Shown: piece after piece, positions 49,601-61,339 of the stretch
Numbering within the stretch: position 1 is the first letter of the stretch
Layout of the letters: each line of letters starts with the position of its first letter
Origin: Monocercomonoides exilis PA203
Taxonomy: Eukaryota; Protista; Preaxostyla
Direction: 5' to 3'
DNA: 64,000 nt
Assembly (NCBI GenBank): GCA_001643675.2
Contig: LSRY02000018.1
Location: 1,054,001 to 1,118,000 of the forward strand
Notes under the pieces: generated by a model
Seen by the model: only the letters and a program-made list of their open reading frames with translations
The model's database searches: none
Told to the model about the DNA's origin: nothing
Translations under genes and position numbers: made by a program

Positions 49601-52600
49601 GCTCTCTTTGTGCTGGCTGCCTGCGACGACGGCAGCATCCACGAAATCCCCATCCCGCCCATCGTCGTGAAGCCCTTAAGCGCTGAGACATTTATTATAC
49701 CTGCGCCGGCAAATTATATTCCGCCTCGTGTGGTTGTACCGGCAACATCTGCAGCAGCAGCAGTTGATAATAATAACAGCCCAACAAAAGCAACTGGGAA
49801 GGGAAGTGATGGCAATGCCACTGGAAGTGAAGAAGCTCAAACGCAAATGCAGTCTCAGTCATCGCCTACACAGCAATCGCAACTGGATGACTCAACAGCA
49901 CGTTCATTGACTACTCCCAATGCCTCATCATCATCATCATCCAACACACAACAATCTTCTTCTTCTGCTTCTGTTTCTGAGGCCGTATCCCCCTTCCATT
50001 CCGCTCTATTCACACAAGTTGCAATGTTTCCGTATGCAACAGCAGTTGATGCCATTTTGCAGCACGATGAGAAGTGTCTGAGGGAGAGGCTGATGAACGA
50101 GCACTTTGAAAGGCTGAAGAAAGAGGCAGAGACAAACTTGCAGGACATCACACAGCTGTTGGTGGAAGAGGCGCAAGAGGCAGAAGCACAAGAGCAGGAG
50201 AACGAGGCAGCGGAAGAGAAAGGAGAGAAGGAGAAAGGGAAGGGGAAGGGGAAGGGGAAAGAGAAAGATGGAGGAGAAGGAGGAGAAGGGGGAAAGAGGA
50301 AGAAGAAGGGCAAGAAGGGCAAGAAAGCAGGAGAAGGAGAAGAGGAAGAAGGAGGAGGAAACGATGAAGAAGAAGGCGAAGAGAATGAGGAAGACAAAGA
50401 TGCAGCAGCTGCTGATGGCACAATTGCACCCAGAAGAACGCCGCAAGAGGAGAAGCTGTGGGAGAAAGCGAAGGTGATTGTGGAAGGGCTGATTCCGAAG
50501 CCAGTGAAGAAGTCAGAGCCAGTTCTGTTGGGGTGCCATGTGGTTGATGGAGGCATTGATTTTGGCTTCTGCAAAGTGGCAGTGGTGGGGGGGACACTGA
50601 GCGGGGGAATATACACGTTCTCTGGTGCTGTTGGGGATGAGCTGGATGCAAAAGCAGAGGAAGAGGAGAAGGAGAAGGAGAGGCAGAAGGAGAGAGAGAG
50701 GCAGGCGAAGAAGATGAGGGGGAGGAAGAACAGAGAGAATGAAGCTGCAAGAGAAAAAGAAGAGGAAGAGGCAGCAGCAGCAGCATCGTCATCAAATGCA
50801 GCAGTGAATATCCAACGTGTTCCAACTCCCATGGGAAGAAGAGACGGATTTGAGCGCTCACGCACACCAGCTTCTGTGATGACGTCGGCAGACGGCGCAG
50901 GCAGAGGAAGATCACCTTCGCCGTTTCCAGCACATTCACCTGCATCAAATGCGATGGGACAACAGCAACAAGATACTTCTTCTTTGCGTTCTGCTTCTCC
51001 AAACTCTTCTTCTTCTTCTTCTGGCAATCCCATCACCCCCACCTCTTCACACCATCCATCACAGAGTCAGCATTCTCTTCCCATTGACCAAGCATCCTCT
51101 TCATTCAATGACCCTTCGTTCTCTTCCCCCGACAACCAGCAGCTCACCTTCCGCAGCCGACGCAGAGGAGTCATTGCAACTCCAGCCAGGCCTTCCCAAA
51201 TAACAGGAGTGTATCGTATTCCTGGTCTAACTGCCTACTCTTTCACACCTGGCTATGCATTCCTCGTCACAGGAGACGAAGAAGGGCGAATTGCTTTGCA
51301 TTGCTCGTGTCCACATTCGCAGCTTCCTCCGAATTCTCATCCGCTTCTGGCGAAGCTAGCACCGATTTGGGGTGTCCATGCGCATAATTGTGCAGTTAGT
51401 TCAGTGGCTGTTGTGGGCGGGGGAAGGATTGTGAGTGGAGGGGTAGATGGGACAGTGTGTTGCTTTGATGTTGGAGTGAATGTGAATGTAAATGTAAATG
51501 GGAATGTGAAGGAGGAGGAGGAGAGGAGGTGGGAGGAGAAGGTGAGGGAGTTCTTTGGAGTGGGAGAGGAAGGAAAGGAGGAAGAGGAGAAGAAGGAAGA
51601 AAAGGAAGAAAAGGAAGGAGAAGGAGAAAGAGAAAGAAATTATCCTCTTTCAGATAATGAAAGAGGCAACGAGAACAATCAAAAGGAAGAATCGGACGCC
51701 CAAAATGAATTTTCATTTGCCGGCAGACGCAGAGAAAGAGAGAGGCAGAGAAGGGAGATGAAGCCCAGAGCCACTCTGAAGCAGCTGCTGGAAGAGAAGA
51801 GAGGGCTGGCTGTGCCGTTAATTCCCCGCACCGACCAGCCGTTTGAGCCAATAATTCCGCAAGTGCCTGCTTTTGACGCAGCGTATTATGAGCCGGTTTC
51901 GATGGCAAAAGCAGAAAAAATGGTGATGGAAAGGAGGAAAGAGAGGAAAGAAAGGAAAGAGAGGATGGAAGGTGAAACTGGGAATGAAAAGGAAGGAGAT
52001 GATGGTTTGTATTTCTTTGAATATTTGTTGTTTGTTTATTTTTCCTTATTTTTCACTTTTTTTTTGTATATTTTTTTAGAATCTCATCTAAAGGTTAGCA
52101 GATCCAATTCTCTGTATAATGCAGCTGAAGACGAGGAGCAAGACGAAGGACATCTTCCAAATGGCGACTTTTCATATGTGATGTGTCAAGCTATTCCTCC
52201 TGCAAAGGAGAAGAAATTGAATGCAGATGGAGAAGAAGAGGAAGAGGAAGAGGATGAAGATGATGAGGAAGAAGAGGAAGAGGATGAAAGCGACGAGGAA
52301 GACGAAGACGAAGATGAAGCAGAAGCAGAAAGAAGAGAAGGAGAAGGCAACGAGCGCGAAGGAGGAAGAGGCGGGTACTTGGCAAAGAAGAAGGAGAAAG
52401 TGCAGTTGCCTGGTGGAAATAAAGCGTGGAGGAGGGCAGAAGAGGCAATAAGAGCAGGATTAACAGAGCCAGAGATTGAAATAGACGAAGATGCACTGCT
52501 TGCACAGAAAGCAGCAGAAGAGCAGAAGGAGAGAGAAATGAAGGAGAGGGAGGAGAGGATGAATGAAAATGGGGAGCAACGAGATAGCATTCAGTCTGAA

Positions 52601-55600
52601 CATGAAAAGGAGAAAGGAGAAGGAGGAGAAGGGGAAGGAGAAGGGGAAGATGATGCTGACAAACCAGAACCATTGCAACCATCATCATCATCTTCTTCTT
52701 CTTCATCTTCTTCATCTTCTTCTTCTTCCCAGGGAACAACAACAGCACTTCCAGGTGTTGTGACAAAGCCCACCTCGTTCTCCACATACCTCGCCCCCAA
52801 CACATCCACACTTGCCATCCCCACAATCGTCCTGACTGTTCTACGCCCTGTCTTCTCTGACTCATCCAGTGACATCCCACCAGGCGCCTTCTGTTTGGAA
52901 GAGGCTCGCAGAAAAGAAGATGAGAAGCAGTACATGACACAGGCAGAGAAGAGGAAGCAGGCCATGCGCTTCCAAATCGCCAAGCTGCGCGACCAGCTCC
53001 TTCAGCTCCAGAACAAGAACAGACTGTCCCCTTCTGCTGCCCAGCTGCCCCCTGAGGCGCTGGAGGCAGATTCTGAACTGCGGAATATTCTTGCGGCGCA
53101 GGTGGAGGAGCGGCTGGCGGAATTGCGGAGAGATGCGCTGAATGGGACAGTGCGGGCGTCATTGGGGCTGAAGAAGGCGAATGAAAGATACATGGACAAC
53201 ATCGAGATGATGCGCACGACGGTGAAAGGGTTCAAAAACGGACATTCGGTTTCTTCGTTCCGCCTGGTGAAGCTGCCAGCACACATCCTGAAGAAGACAC
53301 AGCTGCTGATGAACAAAGCGCAGATGCAGCAGGCCAAAGCAACGCAGAGACTGAGAGAGAAAGAGAGAGAAAGAGAGCAGATGATGCAGGCAACACAGGC
53401 AAGTGGAGGCAGCCACAATGAATATGGCGGACAGCCCATGGCAGGGCAATCGCCAAGCTCGCAGTCAGGCAGCTCAGCCAGCACAGGCACACTCCACACA
53501 CCTGCACAGAACAAGAGAGGAGGAATGGATCAGACACAAATGCAACTGCAACAACAGCAGCAGCAGCAGCATCGTGCTGGCTCGCCTGCTGGTTCGATAC
53601 AGTCTGCTACGTCGCACATAAACCAGTCTCCGCAGAAGGGATTTGGTGGAAGCAGGGCAGTGACGAGTGGAACAGAAGGTGGAAGTGCATTTGGCGGAGG
53701 GAGTGTGGCACAAGTGGGAGGCACGACTATGAAGATGGCAAACAAGACACTCACTGGAAAAGCAGCAACACTGGCAAAGGAGCAGGAGAGAGAGAGAAAG
53801 AAAGCGCTGAGAGAGGCAGAGTGGGCAGCGCACAACGCAAAGAAGCCGAAGTATCCTGATCCCCACCGCTTTGAGGCGAAGCGGTCGGGCGCCCTTGGCT
53901 CAACAGGGAAGTTTGGTGACACTCACTTTGGGAGTGGAGCAGCTGGGGGAGGGATGGAAGAGATGGCTGGGTCAGATGTGTTTGAGCCAGAAGACCAGGT
54001 GATGATCGATGCAGTGATGAGCGACGTGGGCGAGCAGAAGCTGAAGACAGAGCCTGATTTTGTGGTGGCAGAGAGGGACAGGCCGAATGGAGAGAAGAAA
54101 GAGCGAGAGATTCTGTTCCACCAGTACGGTGTGCACAACATCCAGATGCGGTTCAACGAGTTTCTGGAGAAGCTGCGGTCGCACAAGCAGAATCTGATTG
54201 TGAAGCTACGGATGATCGCAGCGCGTGTGCACGACATCTCCCGCGACATTGGCGATGCTGTTCACATCTTCACTCCCAAATGGGATGGGGCAGAGTTTCC
54301 AGAGAAGATGCTGGAGGTGTCAGACAGCGATATCAGAGAGTACGAGACACGCCTCGCGCTGAAGAAGGAGAGAGAGGCAGCAGCAGCAAGGGAGGCACAG
54401 AGCGGGGGAATTGGGCTGATGAATGCAGGTGGAAGTGGAGATTCCGGGAAGAAGAAGAGTGGAGCGAGTGAGGGAGAAGGAGGAGAAAGTGGAGAGAAAG
54501 GAGCTGGTGAGGGAGGTGATGCAACATCGTCTGCATCTGGAAATGGTGATGGGGCAGATGGAGAAGGAGGACGAAAGGAGGGTTCCACATCATCTTCATC
54601 TTCGTCTTCTTCTTCTTCCTCCTCTTCATCTTCTTCTTCCTCATCTTCTTCAACCTCATTTGGTGATGATGAAGAAGTGCGTCTAGTTGACCCATGGGAT
54701 CCATCAACAGCATTTCCTTCTGATCCCATCGAAGTTCATCCGTTTCTGCACGGAATGGCTACCCAGCCACTGCCAGGGGCTGACAAGAACACATATTTGT
54801 TCCCACCGCCATATGCTGGCTCGTCTGCTGCGAATGGAATGGGCAGTGCACAGGGAAGCAGCGATTTCGGATCAGACCTGTCGAGTCTGGACTCGAAGCG
54901 GAGGGAAATGTTGGGAGCGATTCCAGTTTCGATGTTAGAGCAGATTGAGAGGGCGACAAGGATTATGGCGCTGAGAGGGGAGAGAAGGAGACTGATGCTG
55001 GCGAGTGAAGGGCTGGTGAACGAGTTTGATGCGCAGGTGGATGAATTGAGGAAGAGCAGGTTCAAACTGGCGGGGGAGATCAAGAGCGCAGACTTGAGAT
55101 TAGTCACTCTGTTTGAAGAGCTGGTGCTTTTGAAGGAGTTTGAAGAGGAAGACGCGAAGCTGTCTGCACAATACAGGCAGTGCAAGACGGAGAAAGCAGA
55201 GCTGACGAAGCAGATGATGTGGTCGCAGCGGAAGATGGAGCAGAAGAAGAGGGATTTGCTGAATCTGCGTGCAAAAGAGGAGGAAACGAGACACAAGTTC
55301 GACAAGCTGATGAACGAGAACAAAGGCACAGAAAATCCATTCTACACGAAGTTTGTGAAGATCTTTGAGCATACAGTGAAGAAGAAGAGCACAGAAAGCG
55401 ACGAAGAAGAAGGCGATGACGATTCTTCAGTCTCCACAATTGACTCGCAGAATCTGTTGGAGGAGCAGCTGAAGTCGTCGAGCGGATCATCAGGAGCAGA
55501 CGAAGAAGAGGATTACGACGGCTCACTGCCAGAAGGGTGTGACGAAGCACTATACAACGAGGTGCTGAAGCTGGCTGAGGAGAATCTGCCGCATGTGGAG

Positions 55601-56695
55601 GAGAAGCAGTACCTGGACCAGTCGATCAGAGACCTGTCGGAGAAGACGCTGGGGCTGACGCAGCGGATGAAGAAAGCAGAAGAGGCGCTGCGTTCGGCAG
55701 ACAAGCAGATTGTGTCTGCACAGAAAGTGAAGCAGGACAAGCTGAACAGATTGTCCACAGTGGTGGCACTGCAGGCACACCAGATCGAATACCTCCACCA
55801 GATCCCGCTCAGCAACCTCGACCAGGCAGCGATTGCGCCTTCTTCCACTCCTTCCTCGTCTCCCACGTCTTCGCCTTTGTCTTCGTCTTCCTCTTCTCTT
55901 TCTGATGAGAACGAGCCAGAGGACGTCAGCTGGGCGCTGCGAAGCGACTTTGCAGAGGCTGTGGTGTGCACCACGGGGCAGGTGAACACGCTGCTGCAGA
56001 ACTTGGACAAGGCACAAGTGAACAAGGAGAAGTACATTTCGCTGCTGCAGAAGAGGCGGCAGGAGCTGCGGCAAGTGAAGTCGCAGCTGAAGGAGAAGCA
56101 GACGGAGCTGGCGGCGAAGCAGCAGGAGCTGCGGGGTGTGTCTATGCTGAAGTTTGGGCAAGTGGTGAATCCAGAGGACGTAATGCGGTGGGCGAGCCAC
56201 AAGGCGTCGTCTGATCTAACGGCGCTGATTGGGAAAGAGGAGAAGCAGCTGTCGATGGAAGTTGCGCTGGAGGAAGAGAAGCTGCTGCAGCTGAGGATGG
56301 AGCTGGCAGATTTGGTGAGGAAGAATACGGCCGAGCTGAAGAAGCTGGGAACGGCACTGGAGGAACAGCAGCAGATTGAAAAGGCACTTGGAACATCAAT
56401 GCAGAAAGTGGTATGTTGGAAGAATGAGTCGAGTTTTATTATTATTATTATTATTATTATATTTTCTTTTTAAATGAACCATCAAAATCACATTTCTGAA
56501 TATTCTTCTAATAATTTCATATTTCTTATTATTGAATAGACTGCGGACTTCCCAACTCTTTCTACACAACGAAGCGGTGGAACAGCCAACGATGCACTGA
56601 GACGGCAAATCAGCCAGCAAAAGCAGGAGATTGAGCAATTGAGAGACCAGATATATGCACTCAGGCGAAAAGGAGGTACTTGGCATCAGCAGTGA
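46624..56695 (+). CDS. CFAP44: Cilia- and flagella-associated protein 44 (WD-repeat + coiled coil), expanded by low-complexity inserts
   Basis: VHPSG..IAIGE.G.NP.I.IY.FPSL, SVG..PDY.LTIWDW, KAFSQDV, TSG.GHI.FWKM..TFTGLKL.G.IGKFG and ELP.G..VSGSE.G.LLLW match the CFAP44/WDR52 N-terminus. Later LKT.PDF, FD..V..LR and MLKFG motifs; terminal LRRKGG. Several 5' introns, then introns at ~47982-48161, 52005-52079 and ~56411-56539. Confidence 0.9.
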
Positions 56696-57133
56696 AAGAA
56701 TTGAATAAATCTTCAGAAAATGAACAGAGACAAGAAAATAACACAAATTAATGAGAAATCGTTTTAATAAAAATTGGAGAAAACAGGGAAAGAGATTGGG
56801 AAAAAAAAAAAGAAGGAAAGAAAGGTGAGTGTAAAGCAAGAACAGTAGAATAAAGATAGAGATAGGAATATTTTTATTTTTTGTTCTAAAAATTCTCATC
56901 TTGTCACAAATATCTGAATTCATCTCACATTTCTGATCCTCATTCAATATTTTATTAATTTTAAGAAATGCTCCATTTCAAATGAACTTATTCAAATTAC
57001 TCTTTGTGGGAAAAAAAAAAGATTAAAGTACAGAGAACCTTAATTCTCCGGAACAAACGATCAACTGCAACACCTCTTGTTATGGGAGTAAGGAGCCTAT
57101 ATTAAGGGCTCTGTCGCTTACCAGATTATTAAC

Positions 57134-57871
57134 ATGGAAGCATCAACTGCAGGACCTACATCAGGACTGAGCGGTGATTTTTCCCTCGGCGGATCAACGG
57201 GCGGCGTGGGCTTATTTCAGCCTACCTCCTCAAGCAGTTCTCTCACTTCCGACCAATTCCCAGCAACTTCACAACCTGCACCAGCAGATCGGACAGAAAG
57301 CCATGTTCCGTCATTTTCTTCGCTTTGCCAGGACAAATTTAATGATAACATCAATTCTTCTGTATTCGATCTTCACACGGATTCCGCAGACTTAGCGAAA
57401 ACAGTTGAGCAATTAGAATCCATTGCTTTCACGCCATTTATTCCAGCCAGAACTCATCATCATGCAAGATCATCAAATTGGCTAAGAGACGTGCTCGATT
57501 CCAGCGAGAACAGAGTGGAAAGATATCTTATTCTGGCATCAAAGGATTTGATCATGTCTCGTCCAGAAGGTGAAGCCAGGAAAGAGAGGACATCAGACGT
57601 CATGCTCCTTATTGCTGAAGCGCTCCAGGAGGAAAGCCATACAAGAATTCAGGCTGAGTTTGGTTTTGATGCAGCTCGCACTCTCAAGGAAGACCAAAAA
57701 GACCCCCTCGTTTCCAGCGACAAGCTCGCAAAGATAACACCAAAACTGGAAGCATGGAAGACAAGAAGAGAAGCCATCATCAGAGCACAACGCACGAGAA
57801 CCTATTTTTTTCGGGGTGCGACGTCCCAAGGAGGCACTCGATCAGAAGGAAGGTCAAGCAGGATGTGGTAG
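57134..57871 (+). CDS. gag-like ORF of the DIRS element
   Basis: 245-aa open frame directly upstream of and overlapping pol, ending in a basic FFRG...R-rich segment; TATA-like tatattaa inside a short inverted repeat at ~57095-57111. Confidence 0.6.
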   Translation: MEASTAGPTSGLSGDFSLGGSTGGVGLFQPTSSSSSLTSDQFPATSQPAPADRTESHVPSFSSLCQDKFNDNINSSVFDLHTDSADLAKTVEQLESIAFTPFIPARTHHHARSSNWLRDVLDSSENRVERYLILASKDLIMSRPEGEARKERTSDVMLLIAEALQEESHTRIQAEFGFDAARTLKEDQKDPLVSSDKLAKITPKLEAWKTRREAIIRAQRTRTYFFRGATSQGGTRSEGRSSRMW

Positions 57872-59709
57872 AGAGTGGTTTCTCCATCAAAAGCACCAGG
57901 AGCCTGGAGGTGGAAGTTGCAGGGGGTGGGACTCAGCTAACTGCGGAAGAGTGGGATTCACTGGGGGTGCGCAGTGTTATACGGGAAGGAATCTTACCAA
58001 TTTGGAGGGAGAAGAGTGCAAGGGAGCGCCTAAAAAAAGGTGGTGGAGGCTGGGAGAGGCTTCCTTGGATCCAAGCAGGAAGAGGAAGAATGCGCGAAGT
58101 GGGTGCAGGAAGGCCTTGCTTCGAGGGTCCTGGTTCAGCTTCCTCCAGGTGCAGCGAAATGACTCTACACCTTGTTTTTTGTGAAGAAGAAGAACGGCAA
58201 ATACAGGCAGATCCTAGACTGCAGGCCTCTTAACAGTACGGTTAAAGGAATACATTTCAAAATGGAGGATCATTGGACACTGGAAAGGTTGATACAATAG
58301 GATGGCCACTCCACAACAATAGATTTGTCTCAAACGAATTTTCTAATTCCAGTTCACCCTTCTTTCATTCACTTTCTTTCTTTCATATTCAGAGACAAGA
58401 CATGCGCCTTCAAAGGAATGCCCTTCGGCTACAAGGATGCGCACCTCATTTTCACACGCGTTATGAGGAAAGTTACTTAGGAAATACGAAACAGATGGGG
58501 TCTGCGCTGCTTTGCTTTCTTGAATGATATGGTACTGCTTCATCAAGACCCAAACAAGCTTCAGACAGCAACGAAAGAGATCACTGCATGGCTTGGAAGG
58601 CTTGGACTGTTGGTCAACTTCGACAAGAGCAAACTGCAGCTGAGGCAGACATTCAACTTTCTCGGATGGAAGTGGAGGACAAAGAGAGGTGCAGTCAGCC
58701 AAGAACAAGAGAGATGCAGGTCCTTGTAGAAGGAGTGCAAACGGTGGATGAGACTTGCAAGGAGAAACGCAGAAGTCCGGATCAAGAGCTTTGCATCGTT
58801 TGTAGGTCTCATCAGTTCCACACGGTTCGTCATTAGAGACGCTTCGCTTCAAATGAACAGATTATACCAGGCACTCAACAGAGTGGTGAAGAAGGAAGGA
58901 TGGAATAAAACGATGAGAGTCAACCCCTCGATCATCAAGCAAATACACGGATAAAAGAAAAGATTAACCAAGAAGGAACAAATACATTTCACATCATTCG
59001 CAGCACCCCAGGAGGTCCTTACTATGGATTCGGCACCCCGGGCTTGTGGAGCCACGCTAAGGATCAACGGAGACTTGTACCACTTTCACCAACCTTTCAA
59101 CAAGGCCTTTTTAAGCCAAACCTCCAACTTCAAGGAGATGTTGGCTGTCTTAATTGCACTCAAGCACTTCCTCCCACTTTATCTTGGGCTCCACATTCAC
59201 ATAGTCTTGTAAAAATCAGACAACACGACTGTTGTCTATGACATCAATCGTTGGTCAGCAGGAGCGAATCTCCTTTCTCTGCTTAGGAAAATACGACAAA
59301 TGACAACAGAATGGTATATTCAGATGAGAGCGGTTCACCTTCCAGGAGTAAAGAACGAGACCGTGGACGCATCATCAAGATTCCAGCGCGCAGGAGATGA
59401 CGAGATCACAGACGAAGCATTAAGAGAGCAGGAACATTGATTGGATCCCACAATTGAACAGGACGCCTCCGCAATCGCGACAAACAGGAAAACAATGACT
59501 TGGTTTGGACCAGGAAGCCCGATGTTGAAAGACTGGCTTTTAGCGGATTGGAGCACAGCGATTACTCTGGTTCACCCGCCAGTAACTCTGATTCTTCCAT
59601 GCATCAAGAAGATTCAGGGAGAAAACGTTAGAGAAGTGATTCTGCTTCCAGCTTGGAGGAACCAGATTTAGAACCAGCTGCTTATGGAGATGACAACACG
59701 TTGTGAGAA
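57870..59709 (+). pseudogene. DIRS pol: reverse transcriptase, RNase H and MT-like domain, multiply disrupted
   Basis: KYRQILDCRPLN...HFKMED, GMPFGYKDA, FLNDM (YxDD remnant), GLLVNFDKSKL...FLGW; RNase H TMDSA, NFKEMLAV, KSDNTTVV, HLPGVKNETVDASSR; then W...LVHPP..LI...ILLPAWRNQ. Confidence 0.85.
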
Positions 59710-60130
59710 GGCATAGGTCTGAATTGTACCATTTTGTTGAAGGCATTAAAAAATCTAAAATTCACAAATTATAAATTGTTATTAAACCTCCTCGTCACCC
59801 CGCCAATGACGAGCATTTTTTTGAAAAGTGACAAACAAATCTGAATTTTATATGTCACTTTTTTTTGAACGAGAATTATTATTTATTTTGGAAAATAATT
59901 CTTTCTAAATTATTGAAATGGTTTCAGTTTTATAACGATATATCTTTAATTAATTTGTGAATTAATTGAAATCAATAAAACTTTTGAAAATTTTTCGTTA
60001 TGGAAAAGTTGATTAATTTTTTCAGATTCGGATTTTTTTGATCGTCACTTTTTTTGATCATTTGTCATTTTTTGATAATTTTGGCACTTCCCGTCACTGA
60101 CGTCATTTTTAAGTGACTTGTCATTTTGGA
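59710..60130. mobile_element. Left end of another GGCATAGG-terminus element; other end not seen in the window
   Basis: ggcataggtctgaattgtacca vs ggcataggtgtaaattgtacca of the 38480 TIR. DIRS homology and GC content stop exactly here, and a cluster of GTCA(C/T) motifs follows. Confidence 0.7.
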
Positions 60131-60386
60131 AACTAACTGTTCTTGAATAATGTTGCAAAACCAAATTGATGAAAATGAATGCTTGACAGAATTAATTCGG
60201 TCAATCAAAGATCCAGACACAGTTTGCCTCATTAAACACTTTTTGGATGATCTTGCCCACTTTATCTCTTTTGTGATGTATTTTTGAAAGGATTTATTAT
60301 TCAGAAACACCATGAATGATTTTTATTGAGAAAAGTGCGAATTTTTGAAACTCAAAAGATTTAAAGAATTTAAGTTTTTTCAATGA

Positions 60387-61215
60387 ATGAATAATGCATT
60401 TGGTTTGATTCCTTTTGTTAATGATCAACGAAATTTCCAGAAAAGCTCAAATAATATTTTTATAGATTTATTGAATCACATTGAAACTCTTCGAATAAGC
60501 TCACTATCAATGGAAATGGAAAGCAGCACGGACGAATCAGACGAAGAGTATGATGAAGATCTGTTCGGATTGTTATGTGCAGAAAACGAAGCAATTGACG
60601 ATGAATATATGGAAGATTTTGATGAAAGAAATCCAACGGATAATGTATATCATTCCAAAGAAGAAAAGAAGACAAATTTTGATGAACAACAGAAAAGTGT
60701 CAACATAATGGATGAGGAGGAAGAATATTGTTGCTCAACAAATGATGATTTGCATAAACTGGAGGAGTGATATGTTGAAAACGATATTGGAACGTGCCTT
60801 GTGATATTTTGATCAGTGAAAAGAATCCATTTTCATAATTTCGAACTGGAAGAGAAACCAATGCTCAGAATTTTTGACGCAGTGTTTGGAGATTGGCATG
60901 GTTGGATGGTTTGCAGCTTTAGGGAGACTTTTCAAAGTTTTATTGGTCAAGAAAAAGGAGAAATAATTGAAGGCTGTTTGCTGTTGTTTCTGAGATTTTT
61001 GGAAAAAAAGGAAACTGAAAAATGTGTGATTGAAGATGATTCATTCATTTATTATTCCAATATGTTTCGAAAAAGCGATATTCACAAAATATACTCATCA
61101 TTTGGATACTGCCTTATACAATCTCCTTGTAGCTAATTTTTTTGTGAAAGATTATTTTCCAGGGCTCGATGAATTGTGGGAGAAAGACGTCAGAGTTTAT
61201 CAATTGACATTTTGA
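60387..61215 (+). pseudogene. Unidentified acidic coding remnant
   Basis: Consecutive ORFs 60387-60770, 60816-61136 and 61030-61215 with coding-like composition, separated by stops or frameshifts. Confidence 0.35.
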
Positions 61216-61339
61216 ACTGCTTGTTGCATAACGAATAAAAAATTTAACTTTTTGTTCTTTTCATTTTCATTTCAGGTTTATCATTAACATGCGAATAAAC
61301 ATATATCTTCTCATATTTTATTACCAAAATTGAAACATT

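Larger units (their letters stand above)
57000..59709 (+). mobile_element. DIRS-type (tyrosine-recombinase) retrotransposon, decayed and 3'-truncated
   Basis: Order gag-like ORF, RT, RNase H, methyltransferase-like domain; no YR reached before the insertion at 59710. Left boundary approximate. Confidence 0.82.

Noticed and set aside
49855-56202. Long minus-strand ORFs within CFAP44
   Set aside because: Antisense to low-complexity coding sequence; no independent signal.
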